A DNA stretch of 16,267 bases from Armatimonadota bacterium (GCA_043754515.1 JAYUUO010000058.1:1-16267); one strand, 5' to 3'; counted from the first letter of the stretch, positions 1-7,411 are shown. Made by a program: numbers and translations. The notes: generated by a model from the letters alone, not told the origin.

Positions 1-35
1 GGTGCTGGTCATGTGGATTCCACATGACCAGCACC
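1..35. repeat. Perfect inverted repeat / hairpin (REP-like or terminator-like); may extend beyond the left edge
   Basis: GGTGCTGGTCATGTGG (1-16), ATT, CCACATGACCAGCACC (20-35): exact 16-bp reverse complement. Confidence 0.85.
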
Positions 36-260
36 ACCCGCCCGACCCAACAGTTTTAGATGCGCTTGCCCTGCGGGTACATCCGCGAAACACAAATCAG
101 ACCGGTTTTGTGGTACAAGTACAGTCAAAACGGACGGGAGGGAACCCGCGAAGAGAAGCCACCGCGACTCTCTCGGACAGGTGTCTCTCGTTCGACGATT
201 GCTTGTTTCGGACAGCCGGACCTACTTATCCGGCTATCGGAGTAGGTAGAAAGGGAGCCG

Positions 261-602
261 ATGATGAGACAGACGGCGGAAACAGCCACCCAGATCATAG
301 ACAAATTGTTCGCCGAAGATTCCGAGTACCGCGACATGATTAACCAGGAGCACCGCCTATGCAGGATAGCCCGAGCGGTATACAAAATGCGCGCGGAGAG
401 CGGATTGACGCAACGCGAACTCGCGGCCCTCCTCGGCACGACTCGGGAGGCGATCGCTAGCCTGGAAGACGCGGATCACGAGGCGCGGCTCCGGAACCTC
501 GGCGAAAACGAGTCCCCACGGGGAGAGGCGGAAGCCGCCCTCGCCGAACCCGTCGCAGGGTCTCCCTCGCCCGGTGACGATGACCTGATCCTTGCCAGAT
601 AG
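261..602 (+). CDS. XRE-family helix-turn-helix protein, HigA-like antitoxin/regulator
   Basis: IARAVYKMRAESGLTQRELAALLGTTREAIASLEDAD fits the HTH_3 pattern of HigA-type antitoxins; purine-rich AAAGGGAG just before ATG ATG at 261/264. The C-terminal ~35 aa are low-complexity. Confidence 0.75.
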   Translation: MMRQTAETATQIIDKLFAEDSEYRDMINQEHRLCRIARAVYKMRAESGLTQRELAALLGTTREAIASLEDADHEARLRNLGENESPRGEAEAALAEPVAGSPSPGDDDLILAR

Positions 603-806
603 CCCGTCGCGGGGCCGCGCTGGCATTCATCCCCATCTCGTCACCCGCCCGTCGGCAACGCCCTGAAGTAACCCCTCACGGACTCGCGCGAGATGATGCT
701 CTCCGGCCCCCGCGCATACGCATCCCGGAACGGCGGCTCTGCCTCGATCATCAGCCAGTCACGGTGGCACGACACCGGGCGGTAGCGCACGCTTCAAGTG
801 CCGACA

Positions 807-1988
807 CTACGACTGCGCGAGCACCGCCCACAGCGTCGCGAACACGGCCGCGACCCCAGCGGTGAAGCCGAGCAGTAAGAGATAACCGTTGAGCAGAAAC
901 CAGCCCTTCACCAGTGTCTTCCCCCAGTCCTGGCCATAGAAACGGCGATACGCCGCGACGTTGTATGCCAGAACGGCCCCCGCGACGAGCCACCACGTCG
1001 GAGTAAGGCCGAGAATCGGTATCCGGGTTCCGAGGCTGCGGGCGGCGGCATCCGCGGCGAAGAGCGAGCCGAGCAATAGGAAGAAAAAAGTGTGCGTATG
1101 GAGCAGAAAAATGAGGTGCTCTACATAAAGCCGCCGCTGGCGGAAGTAGATCACACGCATCCATATGGCAAAGAGCGGCAGTTGGATCAGAAGTAGGAGC
1201 GGTAACCCGGTCGAGAAGAGGGTTTTCGCGGACCCGGCGGGGTCGCCACGAAATCGGAGTAGACGCTCGGTGAGGTAGTGTATCAGCGGCGTGTCCCGCT
1301 TACTCGCCGACTTCGCTGACTCGATTGCCCGATACTCTCTCGGGCTTTGCGGCAGACTATCCCACTTGAACTGTCTCCCGAACACCTGCCAGGGTCTAGA
1401 GCGAGCTTCCTGCCACGCCTGCCGCAGTTGTCTCGGTCGCGCCGTGTCGCCCCCACTGCTTCCGGTGTCGAGACTTACATCTATGCGGGGGGCCTTCGGG
1501 TTCGCGGCGGGGGCATGAACGGGTAGCCCGGTGGCACCCGCGCCCCCCGCCACCATGGCGGCACCCGTGCTACTCACCACCGGCGTGACGGCAGGAGCCG
1601 GATCGGACGTAATGGCCCGGTCCAGATCGTTCAGATGGTCGAACGGCACTAACAGACCCCAGATGAGGAAGAAAAGGGCACTCACCGTGACGTACATCTT
1701 GAACGGGGACAGATAAGCCACGCGCCGCCCGCGTACATACTCGCCCGACAGGTAGCCAGGCCGGGACAGCAGGAGCCAAAGCGTTGACAGGAGTTTGCCG
1801 TCAATCTTCATAAACTCGTCCCACGCCTCGCGCACGAGTGCCGCGAACGACACGGGCGACGGCTCGTTCTCCTGCCCGCACCGTCCGCAGAAAATGCTCT
1901 CCGGCGGCACGGCGATACCACAGTTCAAACAGTCCGGGGGGCGCGGCATCTCTTTACACTTACTCATAGACGAATATATTCCGCTCAT
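807..1988 (-). CDS. DUF3667 domain-containing membrane protein
   Basis: N-terminal CLNCG...FCGRCGQ zinc ribbon, then DGKLLSTLWLLLSRPGYLSGEYVRGRRVAYLSPFKMY, and C-terminal YVEHLIFLLH plus several hydrophobic segments, the usual layout of this family. Start could be the later ATG at 1949. Confidence 0.85.
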   Translation of the reverse strand: MSGIYSSMSKCKEMPRPPDCLNCGIAVPPESIFCGRCGQENEPSPVSFAALVREAWDEFMKIDGKLLSTLWLLLSRPGYLSGEYVRGRRVAYLSPFKMYVTVSALFFLIWGLLVPFDHLNDLDRAITSDPAPAVTPVVSSTGAAMVAGGAGATGLPVHAPAANPKAPRIDVSLDTGSSGGDTARPRQLRQAWQEARSRPWQVFGRQFKWDSLPQSPREYRAIESAKSASKRDTPLIHYLTERLLRFRGDPAGSAKTLFSTGLPLLLLIQLPLFAIWMRVIYFRQRRLYVEHLIFLLHTHTFFFLLLGSLFAADAAARSLGTRIPILGLTPTWWLVAGAVLAYNVAAYRRFYGQDWGKTLVKGWFLLNGYLLLLGFTAGVAAVFATLWAVLAQS

Positions 1989-2078
1989 ATGTCCCGCCTC
2001 GGAGCGATGTAGTTGCGGCTATTGTTCGCCGCGCGGCGCGGTACAATACGCCGGAAAGTCACCCTTCTTCTCGCACCC

Positions 2079-2906
2079 ATGCCAAAAACCGTTCTAACAG
2101 GCTCGCCTGAACCGTTCGCGCTCCTGAACCGCGTCCCGATCCGCGAGATCGGGGAGCCGCTCGTTGACCTGCGCGAAGCCTGCCCCGACGTCCTGCTCGC
2201 GCCGGGCTGTCTGCCCTACCTGCGCCGCACCGTCGCGGCGATGCTGAACCGGGCGCAGGACGCGCTCCCGGACGGCTACCGGTTTCGCGCGGGGTCGGCA
2301 CTGCGGACGCTAAACATGCAGGCAGAGATGTACTGGAAGAACTACCGGAAACTCGCCGAGGAGAAGCCCCACCTGCCCGCTTCAGCACTGCGCCGCGTCA
2401 CGAACAAATACTTCGCCGCGCCCGATTATCCCGCGCCGCCGGGACACACGACCGGGGGCGCGGTGGACGTCAATCTGGTGCTACCGGACGGAACGACCGC
2501 CGACGTGACCTCGCCGACGACCGGCTGGGAGGCCGCGTATACCTGGTCGGACAAGATCGGCCCCGAGGCGAAGCACAACCGGATGATTATCATCGCCGCG
2601 CTTTCGGGCGTGGGCTTCTCGAACTGCCGCGACGAGTGGTGGCACTGGAGTTATGGGGACTCGGCGTGGGCTGTGCGGGTAGGAGCGACCCTCGCCGTGT
2701 ACGGCCGGATCGAGCCGCCGGACGGCTTCACGTTCGTGCCGAAACCAGAGCCGGCTGATCCCCCGCCTTTAGTGGAAGCGGCGGGGGATACGGAACCCGG
2801 CTCAGAGGTAGGAGGCGACCGCCTTTTGCAGGGTGGCGGCGGTTTGCTCGCTGGTCAGCACCTTGACGAGCTTGCCGCTACGGTCGAAGATGTAGGTACG
2901 CGGTAG
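2079..2906 (+). CDS. M15D-family D-alanyl-D-alanine dipeptidase (VanX/DdpX-like)
   Basis: Zn-binding motifs PGHTTGGAVD (SxHxxGxAxD-like) and EWWHWSYGD; N-terminal EIGEPLVDL and YLRRTVAAML are typical. ATG 2079 preferred over TTG 2013 because a TACAAT -10 candidate lies at 2042-2047. The last 105 nt overlap the convergent gene. Confidence 0.88.
   Translation: MPKTVLTGSPEPFALLNRVPIREIGEPLVDLREACPDVLLAPGCLPYLRRTVAAMLNRAQDALPDGYRFRAGSALRTLNMQAEMYWKNYRKLAEEKPHLPASALRRVTNKYFAAPDYPAPPGHTTGGAVDVNLVLPDGTTADVTSPTTGWEAAYTWSDKIGPEAKHNRMIIIAALSGVGFSNCRDEWWHWSYGDSAWAVRVGATLAVYGRIEPPDGFTFVPKPEPADPPPLVEAAGDTEPGSEVGGDRLLQGGGGLLAGQHLDELAATVEDVGTR
2748..2803. repeat. GC-rich nested hairpin at the convergence of the dipeptidase and TlpA genes (bidirectional terminator or REP/IS-end-like)
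   Basis: ATCCCCCGCC (2758-2767) / GGCGGGGGAT (2780-2789) perfect 10 bp, enclosed by GAGCCGG (2748-2754) / CCGGCTC (2797-2803). Confidence 0.6.
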
Positions 2907-3305
2907 CGGAAAATCGGCGTTCGCGGGCATCTTCGGCTCGAAGGCTTGCGGGTAGCCTTCCGGGTTCAAACCGTCCTTGTTGATAAAAAAATCGGACGAC
3001 TGGCCGTTCTTCTTCACGAACGACGCTACCTTCGCGTCGTCGCGCCTGGGAGTATCGAACGACACCGTGACGAGTTTCAAGCCGCGTTTCGCGTTCGCTT
3101 TTCCGAACGCGATAAGGGCGGGATACTCCTTGACGCACGGGCCGCACCAGGTAGCCCAGAGGTTGACGATAACCACGCTCCCTTTATGGGCGGCGACCTG
3201 CTTCTTGAGCGCGGGGGCGTTCACGGTCGGCACGGCCGCGTGCGATAGAGACGGCAGGGCGGCGAGTGCCGCCATGCCGGAGATAAGACGATTAAAAAAG
3301 CGCAC
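2802..3305 (-). CDS. TlpA/ResA-like thiol-disulfide oxidoreductase with signal peptide
   Basis: VIVNLWATWCGPCVKEYP active-site motif, cis-Pro-like LPRTYIFDRSG, N-terminal signal peptide ending SHA; GTG start 2 nt after the upstream gene's stop. Confidence 0.92.
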   Translation of the reverse strand: MRFFNRLISGMAALAALPSLSHAAVPTVNAPALKKQVAAHKGSVVIVNLWATWCGPCVKEYPALIAFGKANAKRGLKLVTVSFDTPRRDDAKVASFVKKNGQSSDFFINKDGLNPEGYPQAFEPKMPANADFPLPRTYIFDRSGKLVKVLTSEQTAATLQKAVASYL

Positions 3306-3307
3306 GG

Positions 3308-3898
3308 CTATTTTGCACCCTTCGCTAGTTGGTCCAGTTCGGCCAGCGAATCCTGCGCCGCCGTGCCGACTTTAATGGCTTTGTCAACATAGGCGACGGT
3401 GCCGCCGGGCGCGATGTAGTAGGTCCAGCGGTTCGCGTAGGTCGTGTTGTCCATCAACGCGCCGTACTCCTTCGCCACTTTGCCTCCGACATCGGCGAGA
3501 AGCGTGTGCTTGAGGTTGTCCTTGGAGCAGAACTCTCTCTTGCTTTTCGTATCTTGGGTAGATACGGTATAAACCACCGCGTTTCTTGCGGCGAACTCGC
3601 CGATGTGCTCCGTATAAGAGCGGTTTTGGATAGTGCACCCGCTGGTCATATCGGCGGGGTAGAAGGCAAGAACCACCCACTTGCCCTTCTGGTCGGCGAG
3701 TATGACCGGCTTATCATTCTGGTCGGGCAGGGTGAAGTTGGGGGCGGGTTTTCCGGTCATTTTCTTTTCTTCCATGGCGGCGTTCGCCGGGCTATTATCG
3801 CCGATCAGGATCGGGACGGACTTATTGGCGACTGCTCCCGCGACTCCCGCGACAAGCAGGGCGACGACGGCGTAATTTATTTTGGACGTGTTCGGCAT
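3308..3898 (-). CDS. Peroxiredoxin, BCP/PrxQ subfamily, with N-terminal signal/anchor
   Basis: GKPAPNFTLPDQN...KGKWVVLAFYPADMTSGCT (PxxxTxxC), second Cys in EFCSK, conserved Arg in ANRWTYYI. ATG 3898 (MPNTSKINYAVVALLVAGVAG) is more plausible than 3949. Confidence 0.9.
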   Translation of the reverse strand: MPNTSKINYAVVALLVAGVAGAVANKSVPILIGDNSPANAAMEEKKMTGKPAPNFTLPDQNDKPVILADQKGKWVVLAFYPADMTSGCTIQNRSYTEHIGEFAARNAVVYTVSTQDTKSKREFCSKDNLKHTLLADVGGKVAKEYGALMDNTTYANRWTYYIAPGGTVAYVDKAIKVGTAAQDSLAELDQLAKGAK

Positions 3899-4048
3899 TA
3901 TACTAAAAAGGCTTCTTTCCGGCGTGTCCGGGGACGAGACGAATCCCACGCTCTCGTATCCAAAAGAGCACGACAGCTGTTATACCGCGAACTCTTCCTT
4001 TTTGGTTTCCGCGCGGGTGACGGTCTAGGGCGATCACATAATAGTTTC

Positions 4049-4313
4049 GTTGCTCGATAAGCGAGCGGACATGGGCTGTGAACCGATAGGCGGCGGACGG
4101 TTCGCCGTCCGCGCCCGCGAGCAGTACCTGACTCGCGATCTGTTTCAGGACGCAATCTGCCCACGGTGACGGTCGCGTGAATGTTTCATTGCTCCCGGTC
4201 GGTTTCCCGCCGTGGGTCGGTACCAGGCCACGGGCACGGGCTGAAGCCGGGAGCGGACACGCGGGGCATTAACCCGCGCGGAGGGCGAGCCGGGTAGCCA
4301 ACTCACGGTTATG
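4049..4313 (+). ncRNA. Candidate structured non-coding RNA, family unassigned
   Basis: Eight helices found by eye in a stretch without a credible ORF, including a UUCG-capped stem (4093-4112), a long interrupted hairpin (4191-4254) and an end-to-end closing helix (4074-4081/4303-4310). Imperfect pairs are mostly G-U on the + strand. CATAAT at 4037-4042 precedes it. Confidence 0.55.
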
Positions 4314-4362
4314 ATGGCTTAGTGCCTTTACATAATGGGCATTTAGTAAACATTATTAATTT

Positions 4363-4397
4363 CGGTATTGACAATATCAATATAATACCGGTAAACT
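4363..4397 (+). promoter_or_regulatory. Sigma70-type promoter with overlapping palindromic operator candidate for the DUF2089 operon
   Basis: TTGACA (4368-4373), 18 nt, TAAACT (4392-4397); inverted repeats CGGTATT/AATACCG (4363-4369/4384-4390) and ATTGA-N5-TCAAT (4367-4381); AT-rich UP-like tract at 4340-4362. Confidence 0.7.
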
Positions 4398-4423
4398 ATC
4401 AGCGGAAGTGAATCGCCAGCTTA

Positions 4424-4822
4424 ATGTCCCGCCAAATCACCCAATGTCCTCTGTGCGACGCTCCTCTGCGGGTGACGGAAGTCTCCTGCATGGCGTGTAA
4501 CGCCAGCCTTCGCGGGACGTTCGGCTCCGCGCCGCTCGCGCGGCTTTCGGCGGAGCATCAGCGGTTCGTGGAAACGTTCGTGCTGTGTCGGGGCATCATC
4601 CGGGACGTGGAACGCGAACTCGGCGTCTCCTACCCGACCGTCCGCGCACGCCTCGACGCCGCTGTCGCCGCGCTGGAAGCGATCGTGGAAGCGGAGCCGG
4701 ACTCGTCGCGTCCTTCTGAAGCGTCGTCCGCTCAAGGCGACGAGCGCAAGCGCCTCCTCGCCGCCGTCGGCGCGGGCCGCCTTTCTCCCGCCGAAGCCGC
4801 CACCGCGCTCAGAAAGTTATGA
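4424..4822 (+). CDS. DUF2089 family protein (zinc ribbon + HTH + C-terminal SHOCT-like tail), probable transcriptional regulator
   Basis: CPLC...CMAC zinc ribbon, FVETFVLCRGIIRDVERELGVSYPTVRARLD signature, and terminal LLAAVGAGRLSPAEAATALRKL. Confidence 0.92.
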   Translation: MSRQITQCPLCDAPLRVTEVSCMACNASLRGTFGSAPLARLSAEHQRFVETFVLCRGIIRDVERELGVSYPTVRARLDAAVAALEAIVEAEPDSSRPSEASSAQGDERKRLLAAVGAGRLSPAEAATALRKL

Positions 4823-4844
4823 ACCGGAAGAAACCGCATCGCCC

Positions 4845-5120
4845 ATGACAACACCGCTCACATACCCCGCCCCCGATGTTTCCCGCGCGACGCGCGGGCG
4901 GTTCCTGCCGCGTCACAACGCGCGGGTGATCGAGCAGGACGACCTGCTGATCGTCGAGTTCGTCGCGAGGGAGCCGTGGTACACCGCCGCGCCGCGCCCC
5001 CGCCGGGCGGTCCCCGCGGACAACAGTTTGCAACGCCGCGCGCTGATGTCGCTGGTGATGCTACTCGCTTCATCGGCATCCACGCTTTATGGGTGGGGCA
5101 AGTGGCTCCGCTGGGTTTAA
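4845..5120 (+). CDS. Small hypothetical protein with C-terminal hydrophobic/amphipathic segment
   Basis: Fills the gap between the two operon genes on the same strand; GC-rich third positions; tail ALMSLVMLLASSASTLYGWGKWLRWV. No family recognised. Confidence 0.55.
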   Translation: MTTPLTYPAPDVSRATRGRFLPRHNARVIEQDDLLIVEFVAREPWYTAAPRPRRAVPADNSLQRRALMSLVMLLASSASTLYGWGKWLRWV

Positions 5121-5177
5121 CAAAACGCCGACCTTCGATATCGCCCCGATTTACGGGCAAGACAGGAAAAAGAACCG

Positions 5178-6824
5178 ATGGCTAAAGAAGAAAATTTGCT
5201 GATACTCAAGATGCTCCAGGACGGGACGATCACCGCCGAGCAGGCGTCCGAGTTGCTTTCCGCCGTGGACGCCCCGGCGAAACGTGCCGAAGCCGCCGCC
5301 CAGCCCGCCACGCCGAGCACGGGCGTGGTACCTCTGCCGCCGCAATACGCGGACGGCACGTTGCCGCCGGTCCCCCCGCCCCCGCCGATGCCAGCCGAAT
5401 TGGAGGATGACGAGAATGACGACCCCGGCTCGGTATCTGATCTGCCCAGCAAGGATAGCGACACGCTGTCGCGGGCGCGTGCCAAACTGGCCGCCGCGCG
5501 GGAGCGGGTTGCCGGGGTACAGGAGCAGTTGTCCGCCGCCGAAGAGAAACTGGATCACGCCGAGAAGTCGGGGGATGGCGAGAACACGCGCTGGGACACC
5601 GTCGCGGATGCATTAAAGGATGTCCCTGGTGCCCGCTCCATTGCCGACGCGTTGCGCGGGATTGACCCGCGACGGATTGCGGCGAGCGCGCGACGGCAAG
5701 CCCGCCGCATCGGTCGACAGGTGCGCTCCTCTATCGGCGACCTGACCATTGACCTTTCGATCAATCTAGAGGCGATGCAGGGCGAGCCGGAGATTGCCGC
5801 GCCGCGCGAGGCAACGGCTTCGGTCCCGGCGGGGGGGACGCTCCGCGTGAAAAACACGCTCGGTAATATAGAGGCGATCGGTGCCGACGTGCCGGAGGCG
5901 CGGGTCGCCGGGGTGCTCAAAGTGTGGGGCGCGGATCGCGCCGCCGCCGAGGATATCGCATCGCAGATCCGGCTCGCGGTCGAAAACGGCCCGGACGGCC
6001 CGACCATCTCCGTGACGCATCCGGCGCGGGTTCGGCGTGCGTCGCTCGACCTGAAACTGTTCGTGCCAAGTGGACAGCCGCCGTTCAAGATCTCTCTGAT
6101 GAGTCCGAGCGGCGACGTGTCCGCGCGTTCTATTAAGAACGCCGCCGTGGTGCTCGCGACCCAATCCGGCGACGCCAGGGCCATGGAGATCGCGGGCGAT
6201 GTGGCGGCCGATACGGCGTCGGGTGACGTGTCCGTCGAAGGAGTTCTCGGCTCGGTCTCGGTCGGCACGGCGTCGGGCGACATTGAGGCGGTGCGCCTGT
6301 CGGGTGCCACGTTCCGGGCGTCCACGCAATCCGGCGATATCCGTTTGTCCGACTGTACTGTTTCCACGGTAAATATCGAGACGGTATCCGGCGACCTGTT
6401 CCTCGCCCATTTGAGCGGGCGTACGGCACGCGCCCGCTCTGTATCCGGTGACATCACCGCGACGGAGGTGTCGTTCGAGGGCGATGCCGCGCTCGACACC
6501 GTGAGTGGCACAATCGAGTTTGCGCCGAAGTCGCCCGTCAAAACAGGCCTGGCGAAACTCGCGGCCGTTTCCGGCGATATAGAGGTCCGGTTGCCGCGCG
6601 ACACGAACGGGGTGTTGGATCTGTCGAGCAAGGGCGGCGACGTCGAGGCGACGCTGTATCCGGCTCCCGTCGGCGAAGGGGGCGCGTCCGGGGCGGGCGA
6701 GAAGATCGTCCGGGCCTCTGGAATGGTAACGGTGACCGAGACGCTCGGCGTGAGTTCGGGCGGTGCGCGTCTCTCGGTCGCGACCGTCTCGGGCGACATT
6801 ACAGTCAACCAGTCGCGGGAGTAG
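5178..6824 (+). CDS. DUF4097 beta-strand repeat protein with N-terminal SHOCT-like domain (LiaX/YvlB-like architecture)
   Basis: EENLLILKMLQDGTITAEQASELLSA N-terminus, Pro-rich linker, coiled coil, then more than ten (T/S)xSGD(I/V) repeats; AGGA RBS upstream. Confidence 0.9.
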   Translation: MAKEENLLILKMLQDGTITAEQASELLSAVDAPAKRAEAAAQPATPSTGVVPLPPQYADGTLPPVPPPPPMPAELEDDENDDPGSVSDLPSKDSDTLSRARAKLAAARERVAGVQEQLSAAEEKLDHAEKSGDGENTRWDTVADALKDVPGARSIADALRGIDPRRIAASARRQARRIGRQVRSSIGDLTIDLSINLEAMQGEPEIAAPREATASVPAGGTLRVKNTLGNIEAIGADVPEARVAGVLKVWGADRAAAEDIASQIRLAVENGPDGPTISVTHPARVRRASLDLKLFVPSGQPPFKISLMSPSGDVSARSIKNAAVVLATQSGDARAMEIAGDVAADTASGDVSVEGVLGSVSVGTASGDIEAVRLSGATFRASTQSGDIRLSDCTVSTVNIETVSGDLFLAHLSGRTARARSVSGDITATEVSFEGDAALDTVSGTIEFAPKSPVKTGLAKLAAVSGDIEVRLPRDTNGVLDLSSKGGDVEATLYPAPVGEGGASGAGEKIVRASGMVTVTETLGVSSGGARLSVATVSGDITVNQSRE

Positions 6825-6853
6825 GGCAGATACGGCTGGCGACAAACCCGTCC

Positions 6854-6881
6854 GGCGGGCGCGAATCTCCCCGCGCTCGCC
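6854..6881 (+). terminator. GC-rich hairpin after the DUF4097 gene, possible terminator or processing stem
   Basis: GGCGGGCGCG (6854-6863) / CGCGCTCGCC (6872-6881), 10 bp with one G-U; no U-tract. Confidence 0.4.
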
Positions 6882-6900
6882 TGGCGACCCTGTATGGCGG

Positions 6901-6906
6901 TATAAT
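6901..6906 (+). promoter_or_regulatory. -10 box for a probably leaderless brnT-1 transcript
   Basis: Perfect TATAAT 5 nt before ATG 6912; no Shine-Dalgarno; same geometry recurs before the second toxin. Confidence 0.7.
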
Positions 6907-6911
6907 TGGGC

Positions 6912-6983
6912 ATGACGTTTGATTGGGACGAGGCGAAAGCAGAGGCCAATCTCACGAAGCACGGCGTCGCCTTCGACGAGGCG
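6912..6983 (+). repeat. Direct repeat A1 (toxin 5' end); partner at 7423-7494
   Basis: 72 nt, 70/72 identical to 7423-7494 by manual alignment. Confidence 0.95.
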
Positions 6984-7187
6984 AAAACCGTCTTCGGCGA
7001 CCCGTTCAGTGACGCCTTCGATGACCCCGACCACTCTCACGACGAAGAGCGACTCGTAATCATCGGCGCGACACGCGCGGGGAAGCTACTTTTCGTTTCC
7101 TTCGCCGAGCGGGGTGACCCTATAAGAATAATTAGTGCGCGTGAGGCAACACACCGTGAAAAACAGCAACATGAAAATCAGCCATGA
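6912..7187 (+). CDS. brnT: BrnT family toxin (DUF497), copy 1
   Basis: [24 protein letters not shown]...HSHDEERLVIIG...IRIISAREAT signature. Confidence 0.93.
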   Translation: MTFDWDEAKAEANLTKHGVAFDEAKTVFGDPFSDAFDDPDHSHDEERLVIIGATRAGKLLFVSFAERGDPIRIISAREATHREKQQHENQP

Positions 7188-7411
7188 GACAGATATGTCG
7201 GATGAACTGCGACCGGAGTACGACCTCTCGCTCCTTAGTAATCGCGTACGCGGCAGATACGCGCACTTAGAAGCGGCCACGCCGACTGTGACGCTCGACC
7301 CGGACGTCGCGGCGGTGTTCGCGGACGACGCGGCGGTAAACGAGGCGTTGCGCTACGTGATCCAACTTGCGAACGAGAACCCGCTGACCGTCCGGCGAAC
7401 CCGCATCGCGA

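Noticed and set aside
2..343. ORFs 2-343 and 60-245 as a toxin partner of the HTH gene
   Set aside because: No RelE/HigB/Gp49-like motifs; they cross hairpins and look non-coding.
4116..4260. Cobalamin riboswitch on the minus strand (GGGAAA, CCGTCACCGTG, GAGTCAGGTACTGC resemble parts of the consensus)
   Set aside because: The GGUGnAAnUCC T-loop hairpin is missing, the expected CUG/CAG pairing is mismatched, G-U bias favours the + strand, and the downstream gene is a peroxiredoxin. An Rfam scan would settle it.
4070..4313. SRP RNA or retron msr-msd assignment for the structured element
   Set aside because: No SRP helix-8 motif (CAGG..GnAA..AGCAG) on either strand and no reverse transcriptase gene in the window; only overall topology is similar.
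6090..6810. Periodic TCCGGCGA-like nucleotide repeats suggesting an array or CRISPR
   Set aside because: They are codons for the SGD protein repeats of DUF4097; degenerate, in frame, no cas genes.
5555..7040. Long antisense ORFs of 466 and 424 aa
   Set aside because: Shadow frames of the GC-rich DUF4097 and brnT genes with no recognisable motifs.
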